This document shows, one piece after another, positions 38,946 through 58,694 of a stretch of 64,000 bases of DNA. Where the stretch lies: positions 37,386,001 to 37,450,000 of the forward strand of contig CM060733.1 in assembly GCA_030704615.1 (NCBI GenBank), read 5' to 3'. Origin of the DNA: Takakia lepidozioides (Eukaryota; Plantae; Bryophyta). A program made the position numbers and the translations under genes. The notes below the pieces were generated by a model. That model saw only the letters and a list, made by a program, of their open reading frames with translations. It had not been told where the DNA came from and searched no databases. Within the stretch, counting starts at the first letter, position 1. The number at the start of each line of letters is the position of its first letter.

Positions 38946-39240
38946 CTTAAAATGAGAGGCGGGAAAAATAACCTCACATGACATGCCATAGTGTTAGCAT
39001 TGAATTTTGGTTGGGATAATTGGAGGGAAAATAAAAAGTTAAAATGCTCATTCGAGCCATGAGTCATATACACTGAAACAGTGAAGGACAGATATCGAGC
39101 CAAACAAAGAGCATGACATCAATAGCACTGCGAAGGGAGTTTCAAACAGACCCAAAAACAATATACCTAGTAGAAAAGCTGCAGCACTATTTGATGTGTG
39201 TACTTTCAGAGAACAAGATGAGAGACCTTGTTGATCTTGC

Positions 39241-40097
39241 TCAAGGATCAAATCCATCTCGTAGTTGTGTTTTGATGGTGGGAAGGTATGTGCATCCCTG
39301 CCAACACATGTACAGTGATGCGGCAGACTGTCTTCTGACCAGTGCAAGAGATGCCACCATCTGACAGTCCCGGGCATCACCGACAGTCGGCAACCTCAGC
39401 TTTGCTACTAGCAGCTGACGTTGACGGCTTGAAGTTCTTCCAGCAAACACCCCGACCCTACTTTTATAGTACTTCCGATTTTGAATTGCATCTGCTTCTT
39501 TCTGTAGTCCAATAGGCATTCACCTTTTTGTCTCCATTGTCCCACCATTGACTGGAAGTGTTCATTCCAAAGCATCTACCATGTTTGATCTCCCTCTGAG
39601 ATCGGTGTGTGACCTACCTGCTCAGGAAGAACACCCTCGATACAGACAGCAAAGCGAAGTTCTGACTTCACTCACCAGTCCACACAATACGATCATACCA
39701 GAGTTCAGTTAACTCCTACACAAGAAAGCTCACCTTGTCAAGGCTACTGTCCCACCATTGGGAAGTATCTTCAAACAACTCCTGCCAGCGCTGTTCCATG
39801 CTCCATGCGCTTTCTTGTTTTTTCACCCAGAGTACATTCGTTTCAGGCTAGAATTATCAGCAGGTTAGTAGGGGAAGTTTCACTGCAATAACCTCTTTCG
39901 CTGGGAACAGGGTACAGCCAAGCATACATAGCGTGTACTCCTTCTCTGTTTCTATAGAGACGCCCTGCAATTCGATGCTCATTTGCGAGGAACCAAAGCG
40001 GGCCGTTGCCACCGACACACACAATTGACGACGATGACGTGGTTGACGACGACGACGTGTCCACGATGACCTGGCTATGAAGACGTGGCGACGTCAT
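39241..40097 (-). pseudogene. Decayed PDF-motif gene head-to-head with the PPR-DYW gene
   Basis: Ser/Thr-rich N-terminus (ATG 40097); MEQRWQELFEDTSQWWDSSLDK|gtgag (39799-39734); QTW*MLWNEHF-SQWWDNGDKK|gtgaa (about 39590-39524). Both are first halves of the OSB PDF motif. Confidence 0.65.
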
Positions 40098-40378
40098 CGC
40101 TCTCGACCTTCGGTCGTCGCTAGGATTTCATCTATTTACATATTGCAGATAAAAATATGTAGTCAGCCCTCGGTCACCAAAACAGTTTGAGTTTCCGTTT
40201 TGGTTAAGAGACTTGGAGCTGTCGAAGCTCCAGCGACTGAGACAGAAATGAAATGTGTAACTTCCGCGGATGTCGAGAGAGACAGAGAGAGAGAGATCGT
40301 CAACACGGAGACTAGTGTGATGCACTGTGAGAATGTGCATTCCACTTGTGTCCTTGAAGAATTCGAGAAGGAGCAGCA

Positions 40379-41758
40379 ATGGCAGCGCGCACAGTAAGCA
40401 TGGCGGCCGTGGCGTCCTTACATGTTCTCGATGCGTCTCGGGGTGCGCTTACAAGCTTCCCCGAGACTACGGTGCTTGCAATCCTGGAGCTGTGCTTGCA
40501 AGCTTCAAGAAGGTGTGAGCTCTGCAGTCTTTACGGGACCCATGTGCATTCTCCGGAATGTAAGGCATGGGAATTTGCTTCAAACATTTTCAGGTCAATT
40601 TCCGGGCAGTGGAGACCAGTGGAGAGGACCGCAGTATATGGTGAGGAGGACGAGCGAGGAGGTCAAAAACTTAAATACTGTAAAAAATAGAAAAGTGCCA
40701 ACTTACAATCTTGGAGAAGCTTTGGAGTGAATATTTTGCAGAACCCAGTGGGACAATCGCTGCAATAAGGTGAACGCCTCTTATCTTAACAGCAAACGCA
40801 AACAATAAGATGCTTAGGCATTTTCGTGAAATTAATGATAGTGCTCTCTCTCTCTCTCTCTCTCTCTCTTCATATTTGTCCTCTAACACTGACTGGCAGT
40901 GCAACCACATGCAAATGTATCACATTGTTGCAATGGCATAGTACTGGATCATTCTCATCCTTTCTAGGATGAGGCCATTGTCAATGCGTGAATCAGCACT
41001 GATCCCCTCTAAATTGGTTATCGGTGGCTTTTAACTAGCGCAATAGGGATTCCAGGCTGTCTGAAATATCCTTGTTGTCTGAAACTCCCAATCAGCTTCG
41101 AGAGGGTTTTATCCCTCTGGGATTAAGCCCTTGAGGCAATGGTCAATATTCTGCTTCTGGTTTTCAATTGGTGTGTGTGTGAAGGAAAACTTGGACGACA
41201 GTCACAAGACTTGTGTGTAAGGAGAGCGGTCCATGCACTGCATGTAGAGTGCATGTAGCAGTGCAGCTGTGAATATGTGCTTCCTGACATGATGCCATTG
41301 CTGCATTTAAATCAGTTCCACCTTGTCCGATTGTTTAGTTGGCTGTGCATGAGCAGGATGACTATTTTGGCTGACTTCACCATACAGTGGTTGCCTGAAA
41401 CCCCACTATGGACCCTTGTGAGGTTTTGTATCCAATTGGCATACCTATACTGCCGAGGACATTCTCTCTCCCTCCCTCTCACAGCAGAGGAACTAGTATT
41501 AAGTAGAGAGGGGCAGGGTTTCTGCTATGTACATAAGAGGTTGTCATTGTCACCTACGTATGGTGATGGGCAGGTGAGGAGCAGGATCTCTCTGCTTTTG
41601 TTATGGAGGGAAGGTTAACTGAAGGAGGCAGGGGTGGTTGTGGGGGCAGATCCATCCTAGAGGACCACATTTCAAGCACAACAGTAGCGATGAGGCATTG
41701 TGGATTGATAGCTACAAGAAGCCTGCATTGGTGGAGGAATTGGAAAGACTGGACTCAG
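40379..41758 (+). other. Probable upstream exons of the PPR-DYW gene: transit-peptide-like exon and split PDF motif exons (partly degenerate)
   Basis: MAARTVSMAAVASLHVLDASRGALTSF... with donor G|GTGAGG at 40640/1; LEKLWSEYFAEP-(frameshift)-QWDNRCNK|gtgaac (40711-40769); cag|IHPRGPHFKHNSSDEALWIDSYKKPALVEELERLDS|gtaaaa (about 41650-41758). Confidence 0.6.
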
Positions 41759-42280
41759 GTAAAACTAAGTATCAGGAAGGTAGACTCAGGATTCAGTTGA
41801 GTATCTTGTGTTTATTTGGGCTTGTTTGGCCTCTGGATGAGGTGACACCTTTGAGTTTGCCCCTCTTTCAGGTCTTTTGCATTTCCACAGGAGATTGCTT
41901 AAACAAGATACTCACTTCTTTGTCAGCATCTCATGGTCTGCTTTTAGTGTAACAGAACAAGCATTCACCTTTCTGCCTCAATTGCCCCACCATTAACTGG
42001 TTTTGAAAAAATATTTTTTCCAAAGCTTCTCTCCTCATCTATATTTTTGCTTTTGGGATATCTACCTGGAACTTCAGTAGCAGTCCAATTTGGAAACACT
42101 CATACCCACTAGATCCACCTAGACAACTTTGTCACATATGTCATTCCCTCTTGCACATTTTTCAGTCTTGTGAGAAAGTCCACATGGGGCAACTGTTTGG
42201 TTGGTGGTAGAGGCATTTGCTATGTAAGCTATGGCTTATCATCTCAGCTTTGGGGGTTTGGTGGGGGGGGGGAAATCTAG

Positions 42281-44643
42281 GAATGTTTGTTATGGAGGCA
42301 TCGATAACTGAAGAAGGTAGGGATGGAGTGTGGTTGCAGATCCATCCTCGAGGACCAGATTTCAAGCAAAACAGTGCCAACAAGGCACTGATGATTGATG
42401 CCTACAAGGAATCTCCATGGGTTGATGGTCAACAGGAAGCAGGGGCAGCCCAATCGTTTGAATCGGGCGTAACGACTGCCATTGAAAGAAGACCAAGAGA
42501 TGGAGTCCACCAGAGCTCTTCTGGCACTTACGGGGATGTGAGGACACTATGTAAGTCAGGGAAACTTAAAGATGCATTGCACATTTTGAACCAAGGGGGC
42601 TTTACGGCAGATTGCAATACTTATGTCTGTCTCTTGCAGGCATGCATCAGGAGAAAAGGCCTAGCAGAAGGAAAGCAGGTGCAGGCCCACATTATCCAAA
42701 GCAGATTCAAGTCAAACATCTTTCTACTCAATATCCTTGTTGACATGCATGTCAAGTGTGGGAGCATCGAAGATGCACGCGTAGTGTTTGACAAAATGTG
42801 TGAACGAGATATGTGTACATGGAATGTAATGGTGGCGGGATATGCCAAGCATGGGTGTGGTAGGGAGGCTTTGGAGACCTATGAGCAAATGATATGGGAA
42901 GGGGTGACACCCAACCAGGCCACGTTCTCTTGCGTTCTGAAGGCTTGTTCCAGCCTGGGTGACCTGGAGAAAGGCAAAGAGGTCCATGCTGACATCATGA
43001 GAGTCGGAATTGTACCAGATCTCATTCTGGACACTACCCTGATCAACATGTATGCCAAATGTGGCAAAATAGATGATGCGCGTCGAGTGTTTGACAATAT
43101 GGCTCAAGTAGATGTGGTCTCATGGAATGCAATGATTGCAGGATATGCTCAGCATGGATATGGTAGGGAGGCTTTGGAGATCTACGAGCAAATGATATGG
43201 GCAGGGGTGACGCCCAACCAGGTCACATTCGTTTGTGTTCTCAATGCATGTGCCAGCCTGAGAGCACTGGAGAAGGGTAGAGAGGTCCATGCCGACCTCA
43301 TCAAATCCAGAATTGTGCCCAATATCTTTCTCGACACCGCCTTGGTCGACATGTATGCCAAATGCGGGAGCATAATTGATGCCCGTCGAGTGTTTGACAG
43401 TATGCCTCAACGAAATGTGGTCTCATGGAATGCAATGATCACAGGATATGCCCAGCATGGGTGTGGTAGGGAGACTTTGGAGACCTATGAGCAAATGCTA
43501 CAGGAAGGGGTCGCACCCAACCAGGTCACGTTTGTCTGTGTCATCAATGCTTGTGCCAGTCTTGCAGCCCGGGAGAGGGGCAAAGCAGTCCATGCTGACA
43601 TCACAAAAGCCAGAATTGTGCCAAACGTCATTCTGGACACTGCCCTGGTCACCATGTATGCCAAATGTGGGAACATAAATGATGCATGTCGAGTGTTCAA
43701 CAATATGGTCCAAAGGAATGTGGTCTCATGGAATGCGATGATCGCTGGATATGCTCAGCATGGGTATGGTAGGGAAGCCCTGGATGTATTCAAACAAATG
43801 CAACAGGTAGGGTTGAAGCCGAATGGTATCACTTTTATATGTGTTCTCTCTGCATGTAGCCATGTGGGTCTAGTGGATGAAGGCAGACACTACTGGGATT
43901 CCCTGAGTCGAGATCATGGCCTCAGTCCTACAGGGGAGCATTTTGGCTGCATGGTGGACCTTCTTGGCCGTGCAGGCCACTTGAATGAGGCAGAGGACTT
44001 AATTAACAAAATGCCAACAAAACCTGAGGCTGTGGTGTGGAAGGCCTTGCTTGGTTCCTGCAGAATTCATGGCAACGTGGAGGTGGCGGAACGTGCGGCA
44101 AAATACATTCTCAAGTGGGATCAACAGGATGCGGCAACTTATGTGCTGCTGTCAAACATCTATGCTGCAGCTGGCAGGTGGGACGATAGTGCAAAGGTGA
44201 GAAAAATGATGAAGGTTAGACGTGTCAGGAAGGAGGCAGGTCGTTGCTACATTGAGGTCGATAACAGGGTGCATACATTCATTGTAGACGACAAGTTGCA
44301 TCCACAAATTGAGGAAATCCATGCTGAGCTGGAAAGACTGTCTGGGCAGATGAACGATGCTGGGTATGTGCCAGACACTCGCTTTGTATTACGTGATGTG
44401 GAGGAGGCGCACAAAGAGTTTTCTCTGTGTCACCACAGTGAGAAGCTAGCCATTGCTTTTGGGCTGATCAGTACCTCCGCTGGAACACCTCTGTGTGTCA
44501 TCAAGAACCTTCGTGTGTGTGGTGACTGCCACACAGCCACCAAGTTCATCTCAAAGATTGTCAGGCGAGCAATTGTTGTACGGGATGCCAGTCGTTTTCA
44601 CCACTTCCAAGATGGGGTATGTTCTTGTGGAGATTACTGGTGA
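42281..44643 (+). CDS. PLS-class PPR protein with E1-E2-DYW cytidine deaminase domain (organellar C-to-U RNA editing factor), main exon
   Basis: Uninterrupted ORF: L-S-(P-L-S)x3-P2-L2-S2-E1-E2, PG-box-like KEAGRCYIEV, HSEKLA...CGDCH zinc ligands, terminal DYW. The true 5' end is probably in upstream exons; candidate acceptors lie at 42280/1 and just before IHPRGPDFK. Confidence 0.96.
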
Positions 44644-45499
44644 AACTACCAACATGCATGAAGGACGTGTAAGACCGAAAGTGCATTGTCTCAACAGGAG
44701 GGTGCAAAGGGGTGAGTTGTGCTTTAGAACCAAGAGTGAGGTTGAAAGAAACCATTTGCATTGTTTAATGCGACAGTTTGTACTCCACTTATGTCAGCGG
44801 CCCATGGCAATTATGCCAGTTCTATTATGGTTGAAGCAGCAACCGCCTAGCTGTGGAAAATCTGGGAGTGGTGGACAGATTTGCCAGGGAACAGTTGGCA
44901 CGAAGAAAATTGTGCAAGTCCCCAGTTTTGAAGAATTGCTGGTTACAGATGAAAGTTTCAGCGATGCTATCTGATATGGAGCCCCTTTTTTCCAATGAGA
45001 AACCATCAATACCATGCCAATGGGTTAACGCCATAATTGGTAGGTGTGTTTGTTGGGGTTGAGACAGCTTGTTGTTTTTGGCTGTATACAGAAGAGGTTG
45101 TGCGAATATTTCTAAATTGACTGCAGTGGGGTTGACAAGGATAGTGCTATCTCTGGCCGGAAGAGACCAGAAGACAATTAAGTGGTGGGTTTGGGTGGGG
45201 GGAAAAAAGAGCTTTTTGTGCCTTCTTTGGTTGGTCTAGTAGGAGTTGGAAGAATGATGTAACAAATTTCTTATGGTTGTCTTGTTGTTTTGTGACAATT
45301 TCAGCTAATAAGCCCCCCAAGTTTGTGTAGGCCCTGTCCATTAAATGACGGTCCAGGAGTTCAAAAGGAGGGGTATATAGTAAGGCATAGAGGGATTTGA
45401 AGAGGTAACCGTTCTATAAGGGGGTACAAAAAGAGACAACATTGTTCTGGAAGAATGCATGCATAGTGACGGGTGGCACGGAATAGGAAGAAACAAGTT

Positions 45500-46115
45500 G
45501 CAGGGAGAGTACATACTAAGCATGAGAGAAGGTTTTCTATAAGGAAGATGCGATCCTGGAGGCAATAGCGCGAAAGAGAGGAGCTGCGCAAGATGAAGAG
45601 AAGAAACAGGCAAGAAAACGGAATCAGCAGAGGCAGAAGCCTGTAGATCCAGAACGGCAGACAACTTTCTGCAAGCTAGCATGACGATAGGTGTTGAAGG
45701 AGCAGATGTTGCCGAAGATTGCCTCACAGGGATGGACGGGTTTCTCCAAAAGGCTTGTGTGGCGGGATTGTGTGCGTTGGAAAAAGGTGGCACGCTTATT
45801 CATCTACATCTGCAAATGGTTTGTTAGGTGTATACTTCGAGTATTCAAATGCTCAACAGGCTCATTAGAAAAAACATGGGATGGGTAGATCTACAAACTG
45901 CGCCTCATCTTGTTCATTGCATATAATTGAGAGACAGGGGATTTCATAGGGGACTTCATACAATTGTTGGCATGGTGGGCTACTGTCTCAAAGACATCGA
46001 TGAACCAAACTTCTGATTTGTGCCTAAAGGTATTGTTGCTGATCAGATGCAACAAGGCATGGATGAATACATTAAGTTTGCTGCTTTTGCCACCAAAAAT
46101 CGAGTCTGTTTTTGT
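45500..46115 (+). mobile_element. Replitron HUH-endonuclease transposase fossil
   Basis: One frame from 45678: SMTIGVEGADVAEDCLTGMDGFLQKACVAGLCALEKGGTLIHLHLQMVC*...RKNMGW...HCI*LRDRGFHRGLHTIVGMVGYCLKDIDEPNF*...GMDEYIKF...KNRVCF. HUH motif at 45801, YxxK at 45981; stops at 45825, 45924 and 46014. Confidence 0.85.
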
Positions 46116-46699
46116 TATTGGTAGCTGCCACCTAATTGTTGTATGACGGGTCAATTCTCACTAACACTAAGCTGAAGGAGGCTAGAACTGAAGTGCAGGG
46201 GAAGCCCTTGGTGGGTAGAAGAAGGTTGCCATCTTGTTCAAGCAAGGACTCCATTTCATAGAACTCCTGATTTTGAAATGTTACACCTTGCGGCTTGCTA
46301 GTTAATTGCTGGTTATATGGGATGACATACCACTGGTGTCAAACTGAAATTGGCTAGAACCCATGGGTGGGGGAAGCTGGAAGGTGTAAACTTGCAAAGG
46401 AATGTAGAGAAAGTAGAGAGACCTGCAATTTCGAATATAGAGACCATTTGCAACGCATTCTACCAATTTAAATTTTGACCCCTTGTGGTTTGACCAAGTG
46501 TCACCACCTCAATTTTTGTCAAAATTAATTTTATTTTGGGTTGGATGCAAGATCCCACCAGGATGAACAGGGAGTAGATTTGGCAAATTTGGAGTTCATC
46601 CCAAATATCCATTACAGTAAATCCATTTTGTATTTTTTATGAGTGGTGTTTGATTTTGCCCTTATACTAACACCGCGTCCATCGTCCTTGTTATTACTC

Positions 46700-47460
46700 C
46701 TAATACGGGTATTGCCCGGATATTGCCTGTGCCAATACCAGCCTAGGTAGGGTATTGACCTAGGTATTGCAAGTGCCAATACCCAGGGTTCTGGTTCTTA
46801 GCTCTAGTATTACGAAAGCCGGATCGGATTTTTAATACCCTAGTTGATTTCCGGGTTGATACCTTTACCAGACACTATATACCTACCAGTCCAACATTGG
46901 TATGTACTGTCCTGCTGCTTGGGCCTGCCAACCAATGTTGGGCAGGTGTAGATCCAGCCCACCACCTCCTCTTTACTATTTCACCCAACATACCAGACCT
47001 GGAAGACCTTGTTTCTCCTTGATCAAGAATTAATTTTCAGTTCAAATACAAATATGATGGATGAGAAGAATATCTGCATTGCAGATTTGGCAATGTTGGA
47101 AAATGAGACTTGGAACCAATTTTCCTAACTGATTGCACTTGATTTGACAAAATATGCATATGTAATGAGAAGGGCTTTTGCAATTTATTTTGGGAAACCA
47201 GGTATACTTAGAAATTGGCCCCATACTCAGGCTACCACTTGAAATTAAATTAAATCAAATTATTTATACTCGGGTTGGTAACCGGCTGGTATTACAATTG
47301 GAATACCACTGGTTGATGATAACCGTAGGCAAATCCAAAATCCTGCATCTATTGAGAACCGACGGATTCTAAATTTTGTGAGTAATCTAGCACTATGGAA
47401 TCGGCTGGTATTGGAAAGTGAAAATATTTCAATACCAGGACCCTGCTGGTATTACAAAAT
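46700..47460. mobile_element. Non-autonomous hAT-like remnant(s) with AATACC/GGTATT subterminal repeats
   Basis: Imperfect inverted ends cagggttctggtt (about 46784) and aataccaggaccctg (about 47431-47445); many ggtatt/aatacc motifs; no TSD seen. Confidence 0.4.
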
Positions 47461-48727
47461 TTTAACCATTTTACAGCTCAGGGTTGGGTTTCTTTGGAAA
47501 ATGTCAAAGATGACCACATCGCGCTTAAGGGTTAAGCTTGTCATTTGATGGTTAGGTTAGGGTGTTACCCAATCGATTAAATGCTGGCCATGTGTTTTTT
47601 CTTTTTTCCATGTACTCAAGTATTAATATGAACTACAGGCCACGTCCCAGTTCAATGTAAATTTGTAACTGCAAAAAATTGATGCCAGCAACTGATGACC
47701 CTGGAATCCACCAACTAATGTTGCACACTCAGATACCCCTGGATCTATTTGAGCTTTCAAAATCCAGAAGCTTATGATTTTTATCATTATTCCCATACAT
47801 GTCTGCTCATGAACTTGTGCTCACTTCCGATCGTATTAGTTTCCCCCATACCTGGACCCGAATCAACCCAATGCAAGGTTCTGATCTCGTGCGAGTGTCT
47901 AGCCGAGTGCCTTGGGCTAGAAGTACATTCATATGAACACGTAGCCGAAGCAAAGCATATATTGTGGCAAGTGTAAATTATGGTGCCTTTTCATCCCAAA
48001 GAGCTACTGCCTTCCGGTGGAAGGTGGACACCTCTATGACTTCCAACAAGCGGTTTGCACATAACCACTAGTGAAGCGGTGTATGCCCTTACCACTGTGC
48101 CAAACCCATTACAGGCGGAAACAGCAGGAACGGCAGTTGTCCATCCCATTGCCATTGGTGTGGAGGCCACGACTAGAACCTTGCACTGTCAAAAGATATT
48201 TTGACCTCTGCAGAGCCAGGAAACCGCAGCCAGAAAATCCAGGTTATGCAGTTGAATGTGTAAATAGCCTTCGACATCATCCAAACAGCATTGAAGACAA
48301 ATTGTGGGAAATTGCAGGTATACATCAATAGAATCTCATGTGAGTAACAAATTCTAACTGCTCGATGTAAATCTGAACCTACAAGTTTAGTTTACAGAGT
48401 GCATAACATACACTTCTGAGGAGAGCACCATTAGGTGAATCACCCGACAAGTTGCACAAATCAGGCAATGTCAACATTTTAACAAGAATGTTGGCTTGAG
48501 AGTCCCGATTGCACAACCAGAATTTCAACCAGTCCCAATAAACGGTGTGAGGCAGCCCACTGGTGTGTGATTCGGGCCAACTGTTCCCACAGGTTGCTCA
48601 GTCCACTCTCACGAAGAGTTCCCAAATTTCGAACTCCTTTGTTCATGAAAGGCACAGCCTGGGGGTGGATGTTGGCAGGGACATGGCAACTGAATTTTCA
48701 AAGATAAGTTCAATCCTTCATCAAACT

Positions 48728-56627
<7,900 letters not shown>

Positions 56628-57045
56628 CTCTCTTAGCAAAAGCTACAGCCAGGCTCCCGCTCTCTTAGCGACTTATCTTTCTCCCATCCCTCAAGAGGTC
56701 ATCGAGCTGCGGCCTTCAACCCTAACCTCACAGCCACATCTGCCCCGTCCTCCCTAACGTCCTCGCAAACCTGCAGCCATGATTCCTTGTCGTCTCTCTC
56801 CCTCCCTCTCCGATCATCGAGAGCTCCAACCCTCGCTCCTCGCTCGTCTCTCTCGTCTCTATCTCGCAGCTCAGTCCCCCCGACTCTTAGGGCACTGCCA
56901 CCACGCGGCAGGCGGTCCTGCGCTCAAAGCCACACACACACGCCATTTTGTACCGCACGGTAGGTCATCGACACGCGGAACTGATTCAACTTCCTTTTCC
57001 TGGGCTGTTTTCAGCATATATATTTTTTTCAGCATATTTATTCCT

Positions 57046-57645
57046 ACTTTTTGCTTAAGAAGAACTTATACATATCTCCCCAAGGAAGCGCAAATTATGG
57101 TGTCACCCCAAAGGGCTACTATCTTTCGGCAGGAGAGTGGACTTTTTGCTTAAAAAGAACTTATACATGTATGGATACATGATGCCTCCCCAAGGGAGCG
57201 TAAATTATGGTGTCACCCCAAAGGACTACCATCTTTCGTCAGGAAGGTGGACTTTTTGCTTAAAAAGAACTTATACATATATGGATAGATGACGCCTCCC
57301 CAAGGGAGCGGAAATTATGGTGTCACCCCAAAGGACTACCATCTTTCGTCGGGAAGGTGGACTTTTTGCTTAAAAAGAACTTATACATATATGGATAGAT
57401 GACGCCTCCCCAAGGGAGCGGAAATTATGGTGTCACCCCAAAGGACTACCATCTTTCGTCGGGAAGGTGGACTTTTTGCTTAAAAAGAGCTTATACATAT
57501 ATGGATAGATGACGGAAGCGTAAATTATGGTGTCACCCCAAAGGGCTACTATCTTTCGGCAGGAAGGTGAACACACCAATCGGTGGATTGAACCCACTCT
57601 TCCGAGGGGTAAGTATGTGCCCATTACCATTGGGCTACAACTTAA
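57046..57645 (-). repeat. tRNA-derived SINE whose 3' half plus flank is expanded into about 5 tandem units of 110 bp
   Basis: actttttgctt recurs at 57046, 57141, 57251, 57361 and 57471. The SINE head on the minus strand (A-box tagcccaatgg, B-box ggttcaatcc) lies at about 57580-57645. Confidence 0.9.
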
Positions 57646-58007
57646 AGGGGCCCATGAAAATGCTTTGATCAAATTAAAAAAACAAGAGAGAAAAAACGTT
57701 GAAAACGACGGTAAGGCAAATCCAATGCTACCACCAGGAGTAACATAGAAGGATTCTAACGCAACTTCGAGAGCCTGAGCTGGTGGACTTGCATGTTTAG
57801 TTTTTAAATAGAATTATTCTTCATCTGTCAAATCTGACTGATATTAAAATAGATAATAGGGGATAGAGGCCCTGACAACTTTATTTGGAATTATTTGATG
57901 ATTCCGTATGTCACTTATTCTCTATTCTTAGCCAAATATTTACTAATATAAATATATATGTGTGCCTTTTTTTCAAATAAAAGGGAAACCCGGGAGTGCC
58001 CAGGGAC

Positions 58008-58185
58008 AACCAAGTTGTAGCTGAGTCGTAATGGGCACATACCACCTCGGAAGTGGTTGTGGGTCCCGTCCACGGATTGGTGTCACTAGGGTGTCCACCT
58101 TCCTACTGGAAGACAGTAGCCTTTCGGGATCAAGAGACACCATAATTTACGCTTCCTTGGGGAGGCGGCATATATTATTATTATA
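58008..58185 (+). mobile_element. tRNA-derived SINE, same family
   Basis: tagctgagtcgtaatgggcacataccacctcggaagtggttgtggg...gacaccataatttacgcttccttggggaggcg, then a (tat)n tail; B-box decayed. Confidence 0.85.
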
Positions 58186-58580
58186 TTGATAGTAGAATTC
58201 AAAGGACAAAACAAACACATAGACATGACCAGGAAAGGGAAGTCCTAAGTTGCAACAAGTTTAGTTCAAAAAGTCAGCGGTTCAACAAATTCTAAATATT
58301 CGACAGAGATTATGGAAGTCTTTTGATTCCGGGCCATTTTCAATTGCATCTAAGGCAGCAAGCAACGTGGGTGTGGGAATCTGGCACAGCGGCCACCATT
58401 GACAGGGGCAGTAACCACAAGTCATGCCGGTTCTGGCCGAAGTCCTCTCCCTTTCATGGGCATGTAATATATAATGCCCTAAAGATACCGGCATTGAATC
58501 ATGGGTCGAACCTATTGCCCATGCATTAGGGCTTCATTAAATTGTGCCCCAAACCTCATTTGTAATGCCTTAAACATACT

Positions 58581-58694
58581 TTGGAATGGCCCGGAAGATG
58601 ACATTCTGCCTAGTGAGCTGCCTGCCAAAAATAGTGGCAAGCGCTAGGCGGGCAGTGCAAACGAGACAGAATGTCATATGCCGGACCATTCCAA
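58581..58694. repeat. Fold-back element (~30-bp arms plus inner stem)
   Basis: tggaatggcccggaagatgacattctgcct versus the reverse complement of the right arm, tggaatggtccggcatatgacattctgtct (26/30 identical); inner ctgcctgcc/ggcgggcag also pair. Confidence 0.8.

Noticed and set aside
41574-41650. Frameshifted symmetric exon starting at 41574
   Set aside because: PDF-motif homology places the acceptor at cag|ATCCAT, so the 1-nt indel relative to 42320-42340 is intronic.
57046-57570. CRISPR array or hammerhead-ribozyme (retrozyme) array
   Set aside because: There are no unique spacers or cas genes. The ..GATGA-stem-GAAA resemblance lacks CUGA, and GAAA is a variant of the SINE's GTAAA.
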